Shown here: positions 48,250 to 58,705 of the stretch, piece by piece
Layout of the letters: the number at the start of each line of letters is the position of its first letter
Position numbering within the stretch: position 1 is the stretch's first letter
NCBI GenBank assembly: GCA_903884815.1
Contig: CAISGE010000070.1
Span: 22,080 to 86,079, forward strand
Direction of reading: 5' to 3'
Length of the DNA stretch: 64,000 bases
Origin: Candidatus Omnitrophota bacterium
GTDB lineage: Bacteria > Omnitrophota > Omnitrophia > Omnitrophales > Aquincolibacteriaceae
The notes under the pieces: generated by a model
The model's input: only the letters and a program-made list of their open reading frames with translations
What the model was told of the DNA's origin: nothing
Databases searched by the model: none
Made by a program: the position numbers and the translations under genes

Positions 48250-50040
48250 TTATTTCTCCTTTTGAACTGTAAACCCAGAAACCATCCGGCCAGGCACCCT
48301 CAGCCTTAAGTGCGCGTCAAAATAGGGGGTGCAAGGCAGCGGCGAATCCCAACATGCATCCCCGCGCCTTGGAGTGTACACCGCGAACCCGGAGACTGTG
48401 ATTCGTCTATTTAAAGATGCGGCGGGGATCACATGCCATCCCGCGTTCGAAACCTGCAGAATCTTCCTATTGTGAATGAACGCGTTGCTCAAAAGAAGAA
48501 CGCTCCCCATACAAAAAATAGTACCCACTGTCACAATAAACATTCCCCTACGGATATTCCCCTGGGCGGCCACAAAAAATAAAAGGATCGAACTTATTGC
48601 AGCCAGAAAAAAACACGCGGCAGAAAACCTTGGGTCAGGGGCGGTAAAGAACCAATAGACCAGGGATGCCACGGGAGGAAGCAAAATGGCCCATTCCAGA
48701 TCATACGGCCGCCTCGCTTTTGTGAGACGGGCCACACCCGCAGCGATCAGGCAAAAGGAAGCGGTCCACAGAACGGGATAAATCACGTCGATCCTGTGAT
48801 ACTTCGCTATTCTGTGAAGCCAGGGGTTCAGCCATGCCCAACTGCTCAGGACATCCTGCCAGGGGACCCTCGGCATCCGGGCCCAACTATAGACCCAATT
48901 GGCTGTATCTATGATTTTCTCTTTGGGCACGGCCCAATCAACAGCCACCCAACCGATCGTGGATGGAAAAAGCGGCACTCCGGAAAGGATAATACCTCTC
49001 AGGCACCAGACCGGGATCGCGAGAACCGCAGGCATAAGGAAACGAAAAACGCCTTTCAAGGAAGAAGGGTGTGATGTTCTCCACGCGTAGGCAGAAGTAA
49101 AACCGAGGATCACTGAGGAAAAAGCCAGATTGCTCAGTTTTACCGTCACAGCCGTCGCGGCCAAGACGACGAGAACCGTCGCTCGATAGCGCTGAGCTTT
49201 TTGTCCCTGGAGCCATTCGGCGATCCCGTGGGCAAGCAGGATAAACATAGTCAATTGCAGAAGCGCCGAGGCCAGATCCGCCGTCGCTGAAGCGATCCCG
49301 TCTGAGAACAACGCAATAAACACAAGGATCGGCAGCAAGAAAAGATCCGAAATATACCGGAAAGGATGTTCTAGCATGAGCCGTGATGGCTGACGGATGA
49401 CGGACGCGACAGAGGGAAAAAGGGTTGCCAAAACAATCAGGAAAAGGAAGCTATTGGCGAGTGAACATCCGTGTCCAAAGTAGGGATATAAGTTGAGCGC
49501 GGCAACATACGTGAAAAATGAGTGATTGAAAGCCAGTCTCCCATGAAGGTTGCCAAGTCCGGGAACGATCGGGTAAGTGTTGATCCAACGGATCGTATTC
49601 AAGTAATACAGCCCCAGATCCCAGTGCGTCGGGGGCAGCATGGATCTCGAAGCAATCCAAACGGCAACCCCCAGAAACAAGACCACGCCAATCGCGAGCA
49701 AGATCAGCTCCCCCTGGCTAACAAAATAACTCCGCACGCCCGGCCGAGTCTGAAGGATCGCAAAAACAAAGCCCAAGGCAAACACAGGGATGGAAACATA
49801 AGCTGTGAGGGAGAAGAAAAAATGCGCTATCTGAAATAGCAAAAGCGTGAAAGCCCAACCCAGCCAAACGGGAAGTGCGAAGGATTCAGGCTTTTCATTC
49901 GAAACACCTAAGCAGAACGCGGCGACTCGCCCCCAACCGTAATAGGAAACGCCAAGAAGCAGATAGGCAAAAAGCATGCAACAAAGCGCCGAGATATGCG
50001 TCATGTGGGGCATCGTAGGCCACTCATCCTTTAAAATCAA
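48250..50040 (-). CDS. Polytopic membrane protein (LIC_10190-like / GT-C-like)
   Basis: Many TMs; DLGLYY...PIVPGLGNLHGRLAFN, SGVPLFP, APDPRF, CWDSPLPC; start uncertain. Confidence 0.7.
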   Translation of the reverse strand: MILKDEWPTMPHMTHISALCCMLFAYLLLGVSYYGWGRVAAFCLGVSNEKPESFALPVWLGWAFTLLLFQIAHFFFSLTAYVSIPVFALGFVFAILQTRPGVRSYFVSQGELILLAIGVVLFLGVAVWIASRSMLPPTHWDLGLYYLNTIRWINTYPIVPGLGNLHGRLAFNHSFFTYVAALNLYPYFGHGCSLANSFLFLIVLATLFPSVASVIRQPSRLMLEHPFRYISDLFLLPILVFIALFSDGIASATADLASALLQLTMFILLAHGIAEWLQGQKAQRYRATVLVVLAATAVTVKLSNLAFSSVILGFTSAYAWRTSHPSSLKGVFRFLMPAVLAIPVWCLRGIILSGVPLFPSTIGWVAVDWAVPKEKIIDTANWVYSWARMPRVPWQDVLSSWAWLNPWLHRIAKYHRIDVIYPVLWTASFCLIAAGVARLTKARRPYDLEWAILLPPVASLVYWFFTAPDPRFSAACFFLAAISSILLFFVAAQGNIRRGMFIVTVGTIFCMGSVLLLSNAFIHNRKILQVSNAGWHVIPAASLNRRITVSGFAVYTPRRGDACWDSPLPCTPYFDAHLRLRVPGRMVSGFTVQKEK

Positions 50041-50145
50041 CAGCCGTTGCCCTTATAAATCGGGAACCCTAAATAACTCCTTGTACGAAAGGGCCTGATC
50101 TTGTAACAAGAATCCGCGATCCCCTATTTCGGAATGATGAACCTT

Positions 50146-51834
50146 TCAAGTCGTGGGCACAGCTTTGCCATATTTTTTCACTTTTACTACGGCGCAGATA
50201 GGAACCCCATCCACCGTGACCGTGTGCACCGTCCCAGGCGGCGGCCACCGCCCCTGACGAAAATCTTCGGGAGAAAGATATCTCGAAAGTTTGATCACAT
50301 AATCTGCGTCGTCCTTGGAATGACTCAGAACATACCTTCCGGCGAGCCCGCGCAATAGATAATAGGCCACTTGGGGGGGTTCTCCGTCCGAGGCAATACG
50401 GACCGGTCCGGTCCCTCCTTGTTTCTGACAATCGCTTGCCAGCCACTGCGCCGCTTGCTTCAAACCATTCCCCCAATAATCAGTCTCATAGCGCCCATAA
50501 GCACCCCGTATCCCGCCCACCCAAGGATTAAAATAAACGTATTCATTCGGATGATTCCTCACCATCCACCCCACCGGCTCCACCGCGAACACCATAAGCA
50601 GCAACCCTCCGAGGATCTTCTCCCGCCGGGTCTTGAACCACGCGAAAAGCTCCTGCCATCCCAGCACCGACAGGATCACAAGCGTCGGGTAAATAAAAAG
50701 AAAATGACGCCAGCTATCATAAAGGATCGATCTCCGGAGCATCGCGTAAATAACCGGGAGGACCGTCACCATAAGGATCAGCAGCAAATAACGGCCCGGG
50801 ATCTTTTTCAAAACAGAACCGAAACGGATCGCCGACAGCACTAATCCCGCCTGTACGAACAAAGGAATGGTGATCAGCATCCAAACGGGGATATAAAACC
50901 AGGGAGCTGCGTTCAGCCAGACTGTCTGACCGTTGAAGAGCATGGATCCCTGGACGGCGGCCCGGAAGTAAGAAAGTTCCTCAAGCCCCTTCAACGGGTG
51001 GTGTATCGGATCGATCAATCCGTAAGGCCAAAAGATAAATCCCAGAAAATAACCGGCTCCAAGGACCCACAGGACTTTCAGAAAGGTATTCCGCGGCACA
51101 CGGAATTCCTTCTGCCTCAGGACACCTAGAAGCCACGATACAAAGAGAAAGAAAAACAAGAAGCAGAAGAGAATGAATGCCGCGCTAGCCCGGATATTGA
51201 CCGCTATCGCGATCCCGAGGGCAAGCACGGAAGCGGCTGCGAAGGAGGGTCGGGGCCAAGCTTTTAAAAAGCGTGTCATGCCGTAGATAGAAAAAATATA
51301 CGCGGCGGCAAACGGTATGTCCTTGGGATTATTCATCGAGTGCCCTAGGAAACAAGGCGTGACGATCAGGAACAAAAAGGTCAGAGATGCCGCCCGCCAT
51401 CCGGCCAGTTCCTTGGCCAGAAGTCCCGCGAATAGCATGGCAGACCACCCAAAGCAAGCGTTAAGAAAATGCCGGGATTCATAATAATATGGCAGGTAGA
51501 GCTCGAACGGAGGGTTGGAGAAGATCATTTGGGAAAGGTTATGATGCCAGAGGCCGTAGAGAAGATTCGCCATGGCATCGAAAAGAGCCCCATAGAGATA
51601 TTGGACGCCGAAGAAAACAAAACACTCTTTCGCCGCCCCTCCCGTGGCAAGAAAGCGAAGCACAAGCCTCCCGTAGTGGTCGCTGATCCAGTCATCCCAG
51701 GTGATTCCGAAATCCCGCGAGATGAAAAGCATGAATATAAGCGCCACTCCGGCAAGCGCCCAAAAAAGAGCCTTAGAGAAAGACTCTTGGGAAAGTCCTG
51801 GGGATATATTCGTTCTTTCGATTTGTGCCAGCAT
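50146..51834 (-). CDS. GT-C (ArnT/GT39-like) membrane glycosyltransferase
   Basis: DFGITWDD, GHSMNNPKDIPFA, YDSWRH, YVYFN, ETDYWG. Confidence 0.8.
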   Translation of the reverse strand: MLAQIERTNISPGLSQESFSKALFWALAGVALIFMLFISRDFGITWDDWISDHYGRLVLRFLATGGAAKECFVFFGVQYLYGALFDAMANLLYGLWHHNLSQMIFSNPPFELYLPYYYESRHFLNACFGWSAMLFAGLLAKELAGWRAASLTFLFLIVTPCFLGHSMNNPKDIPFAAAYIFSIYGMTRFLKAWPRPSFAAASVLALGIAIAVNIRASAAFILFCFLFFFLFVSWLLGVLRQKEFRVPRNTFLKVLWVLGAGYFLGFIFWPYGLIDPIHHPLKGLEELSYFRAAVQGSMLFNGQTVWLNAAPWFYIPVWMLITIPLFVQAGLVLSAIRFGSVLKKIPGRYLLLILMVTVLPVIYAMLRRSILYDSWRHFLFIYPTLVILSVLGWQELFAWFKTRREKILGGLLLMVFAVEPVGWMVRNHPNEYVYFNPWVGGIRGAYGRYETDYWGNGLKQAAQWLASDCQKQGGTGPVRIASDGEPPQVAYYLLRGLAGRYVLSHSKDDADYVIKLSRYLSPEDFRQGRWPPPGTVHTVTVDGVPICAVVKVKKYGKAVPTT

Positions 51835-51882
51835 TCAATCCAACCCTTTATCTTTCGAAACCACGCCTCTCGGACACACGAT

Positions 51883-51942
51883 CACGCCCTAGTTATCGGC
51901 TGCCTCAGAACATGAGATTAGGCACATTCTAAGCAAAAGATC
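51883..51942 (-). promoter_or_regulatory. Copy 1 of a 60-bp direct repeat containing GCCGATAA (putative promoter)
   Basis: 57/60 identical to 59608-59667; upstream of a minus-strand gene. Confidence 0.75.
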
Positions 51943-52068
51943 CCGGAAAAGCATCAAAGTTGGCCGTAGCCTGGCCAAGAACAATTGGAAGAGGTTTTCA
52001 ATTAATGGGAAGGTCAGCATATTGAGCTGATATTCGTAAATTTCTACACATCCGAACGATGTTCTTTT

Positions 52069-55000
52069 TTAATTCCCTTTGATCTTCCGACTGGCTTCCC
52101 CGGCCGCGGCATCAACCTGCATGATGAATTCATCTTCGCTCAGGCCACCCAATATCTGCTTCACTTGTTGAGGATTCGCACGAATAAGTCTGGCCTTCTC
52201 CAAAAGTGCGGGGTCGATCCTGGCGATCTTGTCGAGATCCGCTACCTTGCCACCTTTCTTTAGGATCTCCAGATTTTTAGCGGCCTCTTGAAGAGCAAGC
52301 GCTTTATCGGCCCTCTCAAGAGCCTTGGACGCTTTTTCAGCCGTAAGTTCATCCGTTTTGGAAAGGGCCTCTTTTTGCTTTTTCATGATACTTTCTGCTT
52401 CTCCAGGCTTAACCTTGGGAGAATCTTCTCCGGCAAGCTCAGTCAGCTCTTTCTCAAGACTTTGTTTCTTCGCCGCTACGGAGTGGGCCTCACGGGGGCT
52501 TGCGCCCGGCATCGATTCGTCAAGCCTCTTGATCTCCTTTTCAAGAAGATCTTTCCGGATAAGAAGGTCCTGGTCCGTCATCGCCTGCCCGGAGGTCTTG
52601 TAAGATTTAATCTCACCTTCCTCCACTTTGAAAAACTTTGTCTTCCCCTGAACAGCCTGCCGTGTCTCTACGAATCCCCTTGCATAAGCATCGCCTGGGC
52701 CAGCCGACAGCCCAGAGCCGTTATAAATCTGGGATCGCACATCGTGAGCACTCAGACCCCTGGCCCTCAGGCTCGTATCCATAAAAGATTCTTGAGCCTC
52801 TGCGAGTTTTTTACAGAGCTCCCTGTCGGCCTTCATGAGATCCCCGCCATGATATTTGTCGGCGTAAACCTTTAAGGTCGATTCTTCGAAATTCGGACGC
52901 ACTGTAAAATCCGCGTCCGTATTGATCGAGGCGACCCTGCCGGTAGCGCTTGAACCGCTGTCTCCCGCCATCACTTCTTTGATCTGCACGCCTTCTTTTC
53001 CCTGGAACTCCTTTATCGTTTTCTTCATGCCCTCATCAAAGGCCTCGTTGACTTCTTTGTTGATCACGCTATTTATCTTTTTCACTTCATTTTTTCCAAG
53101 CTGGCCCAGACCCTCGAGTTGTATCATTTCGCCCCTTCCCGCGCCCGGGAAAAGCTCTTTGATCGCCTTGGCTTGCGTCGCTTCGTCTTTAATGCCCAAG
53201 GCTTTTTGAATTGCCATCTTTTTTCTAACAAGTTCTTTACTCAAGCCTTCTGTCCCAACCTCAGGGGCCATGCCGAGCGCCTTCCGAACCCCTCGGGATG
53301 CCGCGCCGCCCGCCCACGTGAAAAGACCCGAGGCCATCTGTCCGCCGGCCTCCTGTCCGATCATCGTAAGAGCCGTAATAGCAGCAGAGTCCATGATCGA
53401 CCGACCCTTTCGGAGATTATCGACCATGGTATAACCGGCGCCTGCTCCGGTATACGCGACTTCCGACCATCCCAGCGTTGCACCCCCAATAAGCATCCGC
53501 GCGGCCATCGATTTGATCGACATCCCTCCTTCGGCATCTTCACCCGTCACGATCTCACGGGCGGTCATCTGGGCCGTAGCCGTCATGGTCGACCGGGAAT
53601 ACCAGCGCGAATCGCGCGCGGCCTGGTCCATATCCTTTTCAAGCCCGTTCAGCTTGTCACGGAGCTCATCCTCTTTTTTGCGAAGGGCCGCAGTCTGCGC
53701 ACGCCTTGTCTCCGCTTCCCTTATCTCCTGTTTTGTCTTTCGGATATCTTCGGACATTTGTTTGAGTTCAGCCTGGCGTTTCTGGTCCGAGGCCTGATTG
53801 GCGGCCTGGAACTTCTGGTAGTTCGCATCCCTTTCTTTGGCTTCGCTTTCGCTGACCCATCCCCATTGATCCGTATACACTTTCCCTTCCTGGATCATTG
53901 CAAAGTCGGTCTCATAAATCTCGGGCTTCACCCATCCTCCGCCGGCCACGGGCGACCAGACAAGCCCCTGCTCATTCCTGTCTCCGGATTGCGGACCGGT
54001 TGGGACTGGTGCAGCGGCCTGAGGCTGCGAAGGACCGCCTTGTAACGTAATCGGCGGTAATTTTTCGCTATTGTCAGGTTCCGGATTCCAAAAATCTTCC
54101 GCCAAAGTCAGCGGCGGCGGCACATCAGCCTCGGGCTCAGACATTTCATCGGCTAATGTTTTTTGCGCTTCCGAAGAAGCAGCTGATTTAAAAAATACGG
54201 AAGTGTCCATATTTTTCAATTCGTTGAACACCGCCATAATTTGTTCTTCTGCTCCTGGGGTCATCTCAAGGACACTTACCCTATCAACGACATCGGGATT
54301 ATATTCACACCGAAAATAAACATTCTTGAAGCGAATGGCCCACCTCACACCCGATAACTGCCTATGCGGCCAAGTACCGCGGGTCCCAGGGTCAACAAAC
54401 GTGGCAATGGCACCACTGTCCCCGAGTCCGGGATTGTTATTGATGTTGGTTTCAAAATACGTGTCCGTTTTGCGCCAATCATCAATCTGCCAGCCGATCT
54501 CTTTTTCGATTCTTTCTTCGCTTTCTTTTCCTGGGGCTCGAAAAGAAATATCGAAATGGAGCACATAACTATCCTTTTTCCAGCCGGACGCCGCATTAAA
54601 AAGCGGCAAACTGCGGGCCGAATAGCGAAGCTCCATTTCCGGGGAGGCGCCGTCAAAGCCTCTCACTTGAAGGTTGATGTCATCCGCCCTGATGTATCCG
54701 ATATTTTTAACGAGCGGCTTAAGAGAATTTGGTAACCGGTCATAATGGGGGTTATCCGATCGAAAGATCTTTTTCCAATCCTCGGTCTGCATGGCCTTCT
54801 GAAGAGGCTCGTACACTGTTTTATTAGGGTCGAAAGACTGCCCATTGTGAGCTTCTTGGTATAGTTTAGGACTCTCATCGATCCTGATCCGGGCCACGAT
54901 CCCATTATTCCGGATATAACAAAAATGTTCTTTCCCATTGTAATTGGTAGCCGTCCACTGAAACACCTGACTTTCTTCAGCGGGAAGCGGCGCAGACCCT

Positions 55001-57408
55001 ATAAAAACAGGCTTTTTCCAATCGTTCGCTAAATGATGCCCTCCCGTCGCTTCGTCGTAATCGTGTTTATCCATGTGGCCCCATAGGGCTCTCGGACTGT
55101 AAAAATGGACTAATACGCTCGCGTTCCATGTGGTCACTGCAATTGTTTTGGGAGCTATTTCTTGTACGGTATAGTCGATGTCCGCCACTCCATCATAAGT
55201 GTCTTCCGCACCAGTCGACTGGATTTTGGACTTGCCAGGTATAACGAAATTTTTCAGCACATTAGGGACGCGATAACCTTCAAATAAATTTGCATCAACA
55301 ACCGGGTCACGGTTCTCCCATGTTTTTCCGGACATATCAAAAGTGAAATCTTCGACGACTTCTTGCCCGGGCTTTCCGGTAGTTTTTCCGACTTTGAGTG
55401 ACACCGGAAACGACTGAGCCGCATTCCCTGTTTGAATGTCGATCACTTGCAATGCAGCCTGGTAATCGCCGAGCTCCAGCATCGCAAGATCACAGGAAAC
55501 CGTTGCTTTCAATTTTTGGCCCGGGGCAATGGATCCCTTTTCGGAATTAACGGTCACCCATTTTTCGGAAGCCTTCCATTGATATTCCAGGTTCTTGCTT
55601 CCTTGATACAGCATTTCAAATGTTTGGGGTTGGACTACGCGGCCGCGTGTTCCAGCAAACGCCAGCTGTGCCGGCACAAAAATTATTTTTTTTTCTTCCT
55701 TAAGAACTAAAACAGCTTCAACCGTCAGCGTTTGCTTTTCACCGTATTCAATTACAATACGCCCGGGCTGCGGTCCGGCCGGAAGGTCCCCGGGCTTGAA
55801 CGCGACTTCGATCGTCTGCTGCTGTCCGGCATTGACCTGGCCCACGGCAGGAACTTCCATCCATGGAACATCCGAGCTGATCTTGTACGAAACGGTTTCA
55901 TTGCCGGAATTTCTCAGCACAAGAATTTTCGTCGGGACCGTTTCTCCCTTTTTAGCTTCGACTTGAAACTTGGCCATATCCAAAGACAAGGCTCCTCCTG
56001 CAACAATGATCAATTTCACTGGAAGTTTCTGCGGGCTGTTCTCGGCGTTGGGATCCGTGACCTGGATCGTGGCCAGATGTTCGCCAACCGGGAGGCCGGA
56101 AGTATGGACCTTTATATCGATCTGCGCCGAATCACCTTTTTCGAGCTTTCCGGAAACAGTGCCGAGCTCCAGCCACGGAGCGTCTTTGACGCATTGGAAA
56201 TTCAATGTTCCGTCACCGTCGTTTTTGATGACAAAATTGCCGCTTCCTTCGAGAGCTTTTCCGGCTTTGGCCTTGAAATCCAGTTTTTCCGCATCGATCG
56301 CTATCACCGGCGGCACGGTAAGCTTGAACTTGACTGGGATCTTCTTCAAAGTTTTCGCGGCTTCGTCCGTGATCACGATTTCACTGGTCTGCTCGCCGGG
56401 TTGAAGCTGTTTTGTTTCATAGTTGATCGTGAGAACGACCTCCTCTCCCCCCTGCAGCGTCTTCGAGGCGGGCATCACAGAAAACCAGGGATCTTTTGCT
56501 GTAGCTTTAATCGTAACAACGGAAGAACTTGTGTTTACAACGCGGAGGATCTGAGGATTGACCGGTTTTCCCTTTACTCCCTCAGCGGACAATTCCTGGG
56601 CGCTTAGCGAAAGAACATCGTTCGTCATCACAAAAGCCGTTACCTGGATATTTTGCGGACTGTTCTCTGCGCCCGGAGCAGTTACCGTGATCGTAGCAAC
56701 GTGAGCTCCGGCGGACATCGCGGAAGTTTTCATCTTGATTGTTGCGGAAGCGGACTGATTGCCGGAGATCTGCCCATTCGCAGGTTCCGCTGCCATCCAC
56801 GCACTCCCATCGTCCGCCGAGAAAGCCAAGCGAAGCGAATAATTCAACATCCCGGCTCCCAGGTTCTGGATCATGAACGTCTGATCGCTCGCGTTTTCTC
56901 CTTGACGGAATTTTGCACTCAACTGTTTTTGATCCAGCGCGAGCACGGCTCCGGGAAGCATCTCCAGCCGCACAAGCACGGTACGGGGACTGTTCTGGGC
57001 GTTCGCATCTTCGATCACGACCGGCGCCACATAATTCCCCTCTTTAAGATCCGCGGTCTTGAAGCGAAGGTTGATCTTCTGCTCCGATCCGGCCGAGGAA
57101 GTTCCCTGTTCCGGGATCACTTCGAGCCAGGACATCGTTGACTTGACCGTAAAATTGAGCGTGCCCGCTCCGGTATTTCTAACGCTGAAGCTCGCGTCCT
57201 GGGTATTCTCTCCGATAACCCCCCGCACTTTGACTTCTGGAACGCTCGTTTCAATAAAAGACTTGGAAGCGTCTGGAGGCGTACCCGAGGTGGCAGTTTT
57301 CAGCACCTGTACCGCTTTATCCAAAAAACTAGAAAAACCCGGCGGCAGGATCATAAAAAAACATACTATTGCGGCGAAAAAAAACGGGATCGTTTTGGGA
57401 ACTTTCAT
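52069..57408 (-). CDS. 1779-aa secreted protein: six BACON-like repeats, middle domain, coiled coil, Gly-rich hydrophobic segment and possible nucleotidyltransferase-like C-terminus
   Basis: N-terminal signal/TM; repeats NxGxGxL..W(L/M)xV..G..NSP; GSSATGRVASINTDADF. Confidence 0.8.
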   Translation of the reverse strand: MKVPKTIPFFFAAIVCFFMILPPGFSSFLDKAVQVLKTATSGTPPDASKSFIETSVPEVKVRGVIGENTQDASFSVRNTGAGTLNFTVKSTMSWLEVIPEQGTSSAGSEQKINLRFKTADLKEGNYVAPVVIEDANAQNSPRTVLVRLEMLPGAVLALDQKQLSAKFRQGENASDQTFMIQNLGAGMLNYSLRLAFSADDGSAWMAAEPANGQISGNQSASATIKMKTSAMSAGAHVATITVTAPGAENSPQNIQVTAFVMTNDVLSLSAQELSAEGVKGKPVNPQILRVVNTSSSVVTIKATAKDPWFSVMPASKTLQGGEEVVLTINYETKQLQPGEQTSEIVITDEAAKTLKKIPVKFKLTVPPVIAIDAEKLDFKAKAGKALEGSGNFVIKNDGDGTLNFQCVKDAPWLELGTVSGKLEKGDSAQIDIKVHTSGLPVGEHLATIQVTDPNAENSPQKLPVKLIIVAGGALSLDMAKFQVEAKKGETVPTKILVLRNSGNETVSYKISSDVPWMEVPAVGQVNAGQQQTIEVAFKPGDLPAGPQPGRIVIEYGEKQTLTVEAVLVLKEEKKIIFVPAQLAFAGTRGRVVQPQTFEMLYQGSKNLEYQWKASEKWVTVNSEKGSIAPGQKLKATVSCDLAMLELGDYQAALQVIDIQTGNAAQSFPVSLKVGKTTGKPGQEVVEDFTFDMSGKTWENRDPVVDANLFEGYRVPNVLKNFVIPGKSKIQSTGAEDTYDGVADIDYTVQEIAPKTIAVTTWNASVLVHFYSPRALWGHMDKHDYDEATGGHHLANDWKKPVFIGSAPLPAEESQVFQWTATNYNGKEHFCYIRNNGIVARIRIDESPKLYQEAHNGQSFDPNKTVYEPLQKAMQTEDWKKIFRSDNPHYDRLPNSLKPLVKNIGYIRADDINLQVRGFDGASPEMELRYSARSLPLFNAASGWKKDSYVLHFDISFRAPGKESEERIEKEIGWQIDDWRKTDTYFETNINNNPGLGDSGAIATFVDPGTRGTWPHRQLSGVRWAIRFKNVYFRCEYNPDVVDRVSVLEMTPGAEEQIMAVFNELKNMDTSVFFKSAASSEAQKTLADEMSEPEADVPPPLTLAEDFWNPEPDNSEKLPPITLQGGPSQPQAAAPVPTGPQSGDRNEQGLVWSPVAGGGWVKPEIYETDFAMIQEGKVYTDQWGWVSESEAKERDANYQKFQAANQASDQKRQAELKQMSEDIRKTKQEIREAETRRAQTAALRKKEDELRDKLNGLEKDMDQAARDSRWYSRSTMTATAQMTAREIVTGEDAEGGMSIKSMAARMLIGGATLGWSEVAYTGAGAGYTMVDNLRKGRSIMDSAAITALTMIGQEAGGQMASGLFTWAGGAASRGVRKALGMAPEVGTEGLSKELVRKKMAIQKALGIKDEATQAKAIKELFPGAGRGEMIQLEGLGQLGKNEVKKINSVINKEVNEAFDEGMKKTIKEFQGKEGVQIKEVMAGDSGSSATGRVASINTDADFTVRPNFEESTLKVYADKYHGGDLMKADRELCKKLAEAQESFMDTSLRARGLSAHDVRSQIYNGSGLSAGPGDAYARGFVETRQAVQGKTKFFKVEEGEIKSYKTSGQAMTDQDLLIRKDLLEKEIKRLDESMPGASPREAHSVAAKKQSLEKELTELAGEDSPKVKPGEAESIMKKQKEALSKTDELTAEKASKALERADKALALQEAAKNLEILKKGGKVADLDKIARIDPALLEKARLIRANPQQVKQILGGLSEDEFIMQVDAAAGEASRKIKGN

Positions 57409-57411
57409 GAT

Positions 57412-57840
57412 TTAAACTCCGAGAAGTGAGTAATGAAAGGTGTAACCCATGGCAACCGCCAGGGCTTCGATCTTTTGTCGGATGCAAGCATAATCGAATT
57501 GGTAAGCGTAGTTTTTCCCGAAGAGCGCGGACTGCTCTTCGATCGTGCCTTCCCGGGGCTTCCCCCAACCGGTTTTATAGGTTTCCGTCTTAAATCCAAA
57601 ACCGGGCGTGTCGTCAACGTTTCCCATGGATAATCCGGATCCGCTCTCCTTGAGCATCTCCGTAAAGCGAAGTTCTTTTTTGGATTCATCGAAACGGAAC
57701 CGGGCAAGGTAGGTAATTTTCTTGCTGCTCAAAAACGCCTTCCGCTCGGCAAGAAGGCCGTCCAGAATAAAAATATTTTTTTCTTCTTTAAGGGTTAATG
57801 GCAGGTCCGCGATGGCCTTCCGGATCTCTTCTTTCAACAC
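57412..57840 (-). CDS. Hypothetical cytoplasmic protein coupled to the BACON gene
   Basis: GGGAGG RBS with GTG start; stop 3 nt before the next ATG. Confidence 0.75.
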   Translation of the reverse strand: MLKEEIRKAIADLPLTLKEEKNIFILDGLLAERKAFLSSKKITYLARFRFDESKKELRFTEMLKESGSGLSMGNVDDTPGFGFKTETYKTGWGKPREGTIEEQSALFGKNYAYQFDYACIRQKIEALAVAMGYTFHYSLLGV

Positions 57841-57927
57841 ACCGCCTCCCTTTTCCCCGATAAAAAATCGGATGGAGCGACTATGCTATACCGTGCACCC
57901 ACAGCCATCTCATTGACACAGTGCTAG

Positions 57928-57955
57928 TTATCGACAACTCCAAATCTGATATTGA
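57928..57955 (-). promoter_or_regulatory. Putative sigma-28-type promoter
   Basis: TCAA-N16-GTCGATAACTAG, sharing CGATAACTA with the 60-bp repeat. Confidence 0.45.
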
Positions 57956-57994
57956 TGAAATCCAAGAAAAAAAACCTCGCGAAAAAAGAAAGCG

Positions 57995-58033
57995 ATAAAA
58001 ACGCTTACAACGGCTTCGCTGTAAGCCTTTTAT
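57995..58033. terminator. Inverted repeat beside the tRNA fragment (terminator or att-arm sequence)
   Basis: ATAAAA.CGCTTACA...TGTAAGCCTTTTAT. Confidence 0.5.
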
Positions 58034-58050
58034 CTGCAAAAAGAACAAAA

Positions 58051-58090
58051 TCGGGGCAAAAGGATTGGGACCTTCGACCACGCGCACCCC
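58051..58090 (-). pseudogene. Degenerate 3' half of tRNA-Pro(GGG), probable att-site remnant
   Basis: GGGGTGCGCGTGGTCGAAGGTCCCAATCCTTTTGCCCCGA: T-arm GAAGG/CCTTT with mutated TTC, acceptor 3' strand CCCCGA; no 5' half or CCA. Confidence 0.65.
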
Positions 58091-58118
58091 TTCCCCCCCC
58101 CTACTCTCAACTGACTCG

Positions 58119-58532
58119 CTACCGCTGAGGAGGATGCAAGAACCGGAATTGCCCCCTGGCAGGCCCCGACGTTGCAATCGCGACCATTTCGCCCTTCTTA
58201 TTGAAACGCACCGTGACCTTACTCTTTTCCTCGCTTGTAGTGGAGGTTGCGGCGAATGTCCCGAACGCCCCCATTTGCCCCGTTGTCGTAGTATCGCCGC
58301 GATCCACTACATCATAAATCCATATTTCGCCGCCATCTTCGACCACTTCTTTGGCTGTCGGTTGCCCCACCTGCATGATCAGTTCGCTTTTTGTCATCCC
58401 CTGAGCAACGCATGCATTGAGATTGGTGTTGAGCGCCACTTGGGATTCTTTGTTCCATGTATCCATGTTGACACACCCAGCGCTAAAGAAAGGCAACATC
58501 AAACATGCCACAATAAAAGCCGATGTTCTCAC
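58119..58532 (-). CDS. Lipoprotein, SmpA/OmlA (BamE)-like motif
   Basis: Lipobox SAGC; GMTKSELIMQVGQP..EIWIY..VRF. Confidence 0.7.
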   Translation of the reverse strand: MRTSAFIVACLMLPFFSAGCVNMDTWNKESQVALNTNLNACVAQGMTKSELIMQVGQPTAKEVVEDGGEIWIYDVVDRGDTTTTGQMGAFGTFAATSTTSEEKSKVTVRFNKKGEMVAIATSGPARGQFRFLHPPQR

Positions 58533-58705
58533 ATGCGCCTCCCATTATTTATATTGGCAGCAATCTGGGGATAATCCATTTCCTCGTCGTTCCCCATTCC
58601 GATAAGTCTTTGCAAGGTTTTCTTTGTATCAATTTCCACCCTATTGCTCATACCTTTTATTGCCCTTAAACAGCCTCATCCCCAACCGCTCGAACCCCAA
58701 CTCTC

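Noticed and set aside
58051-58090. Functional tRNA-Pro
   Set aside because: 5' half missing, T-loop mutated, no CCA
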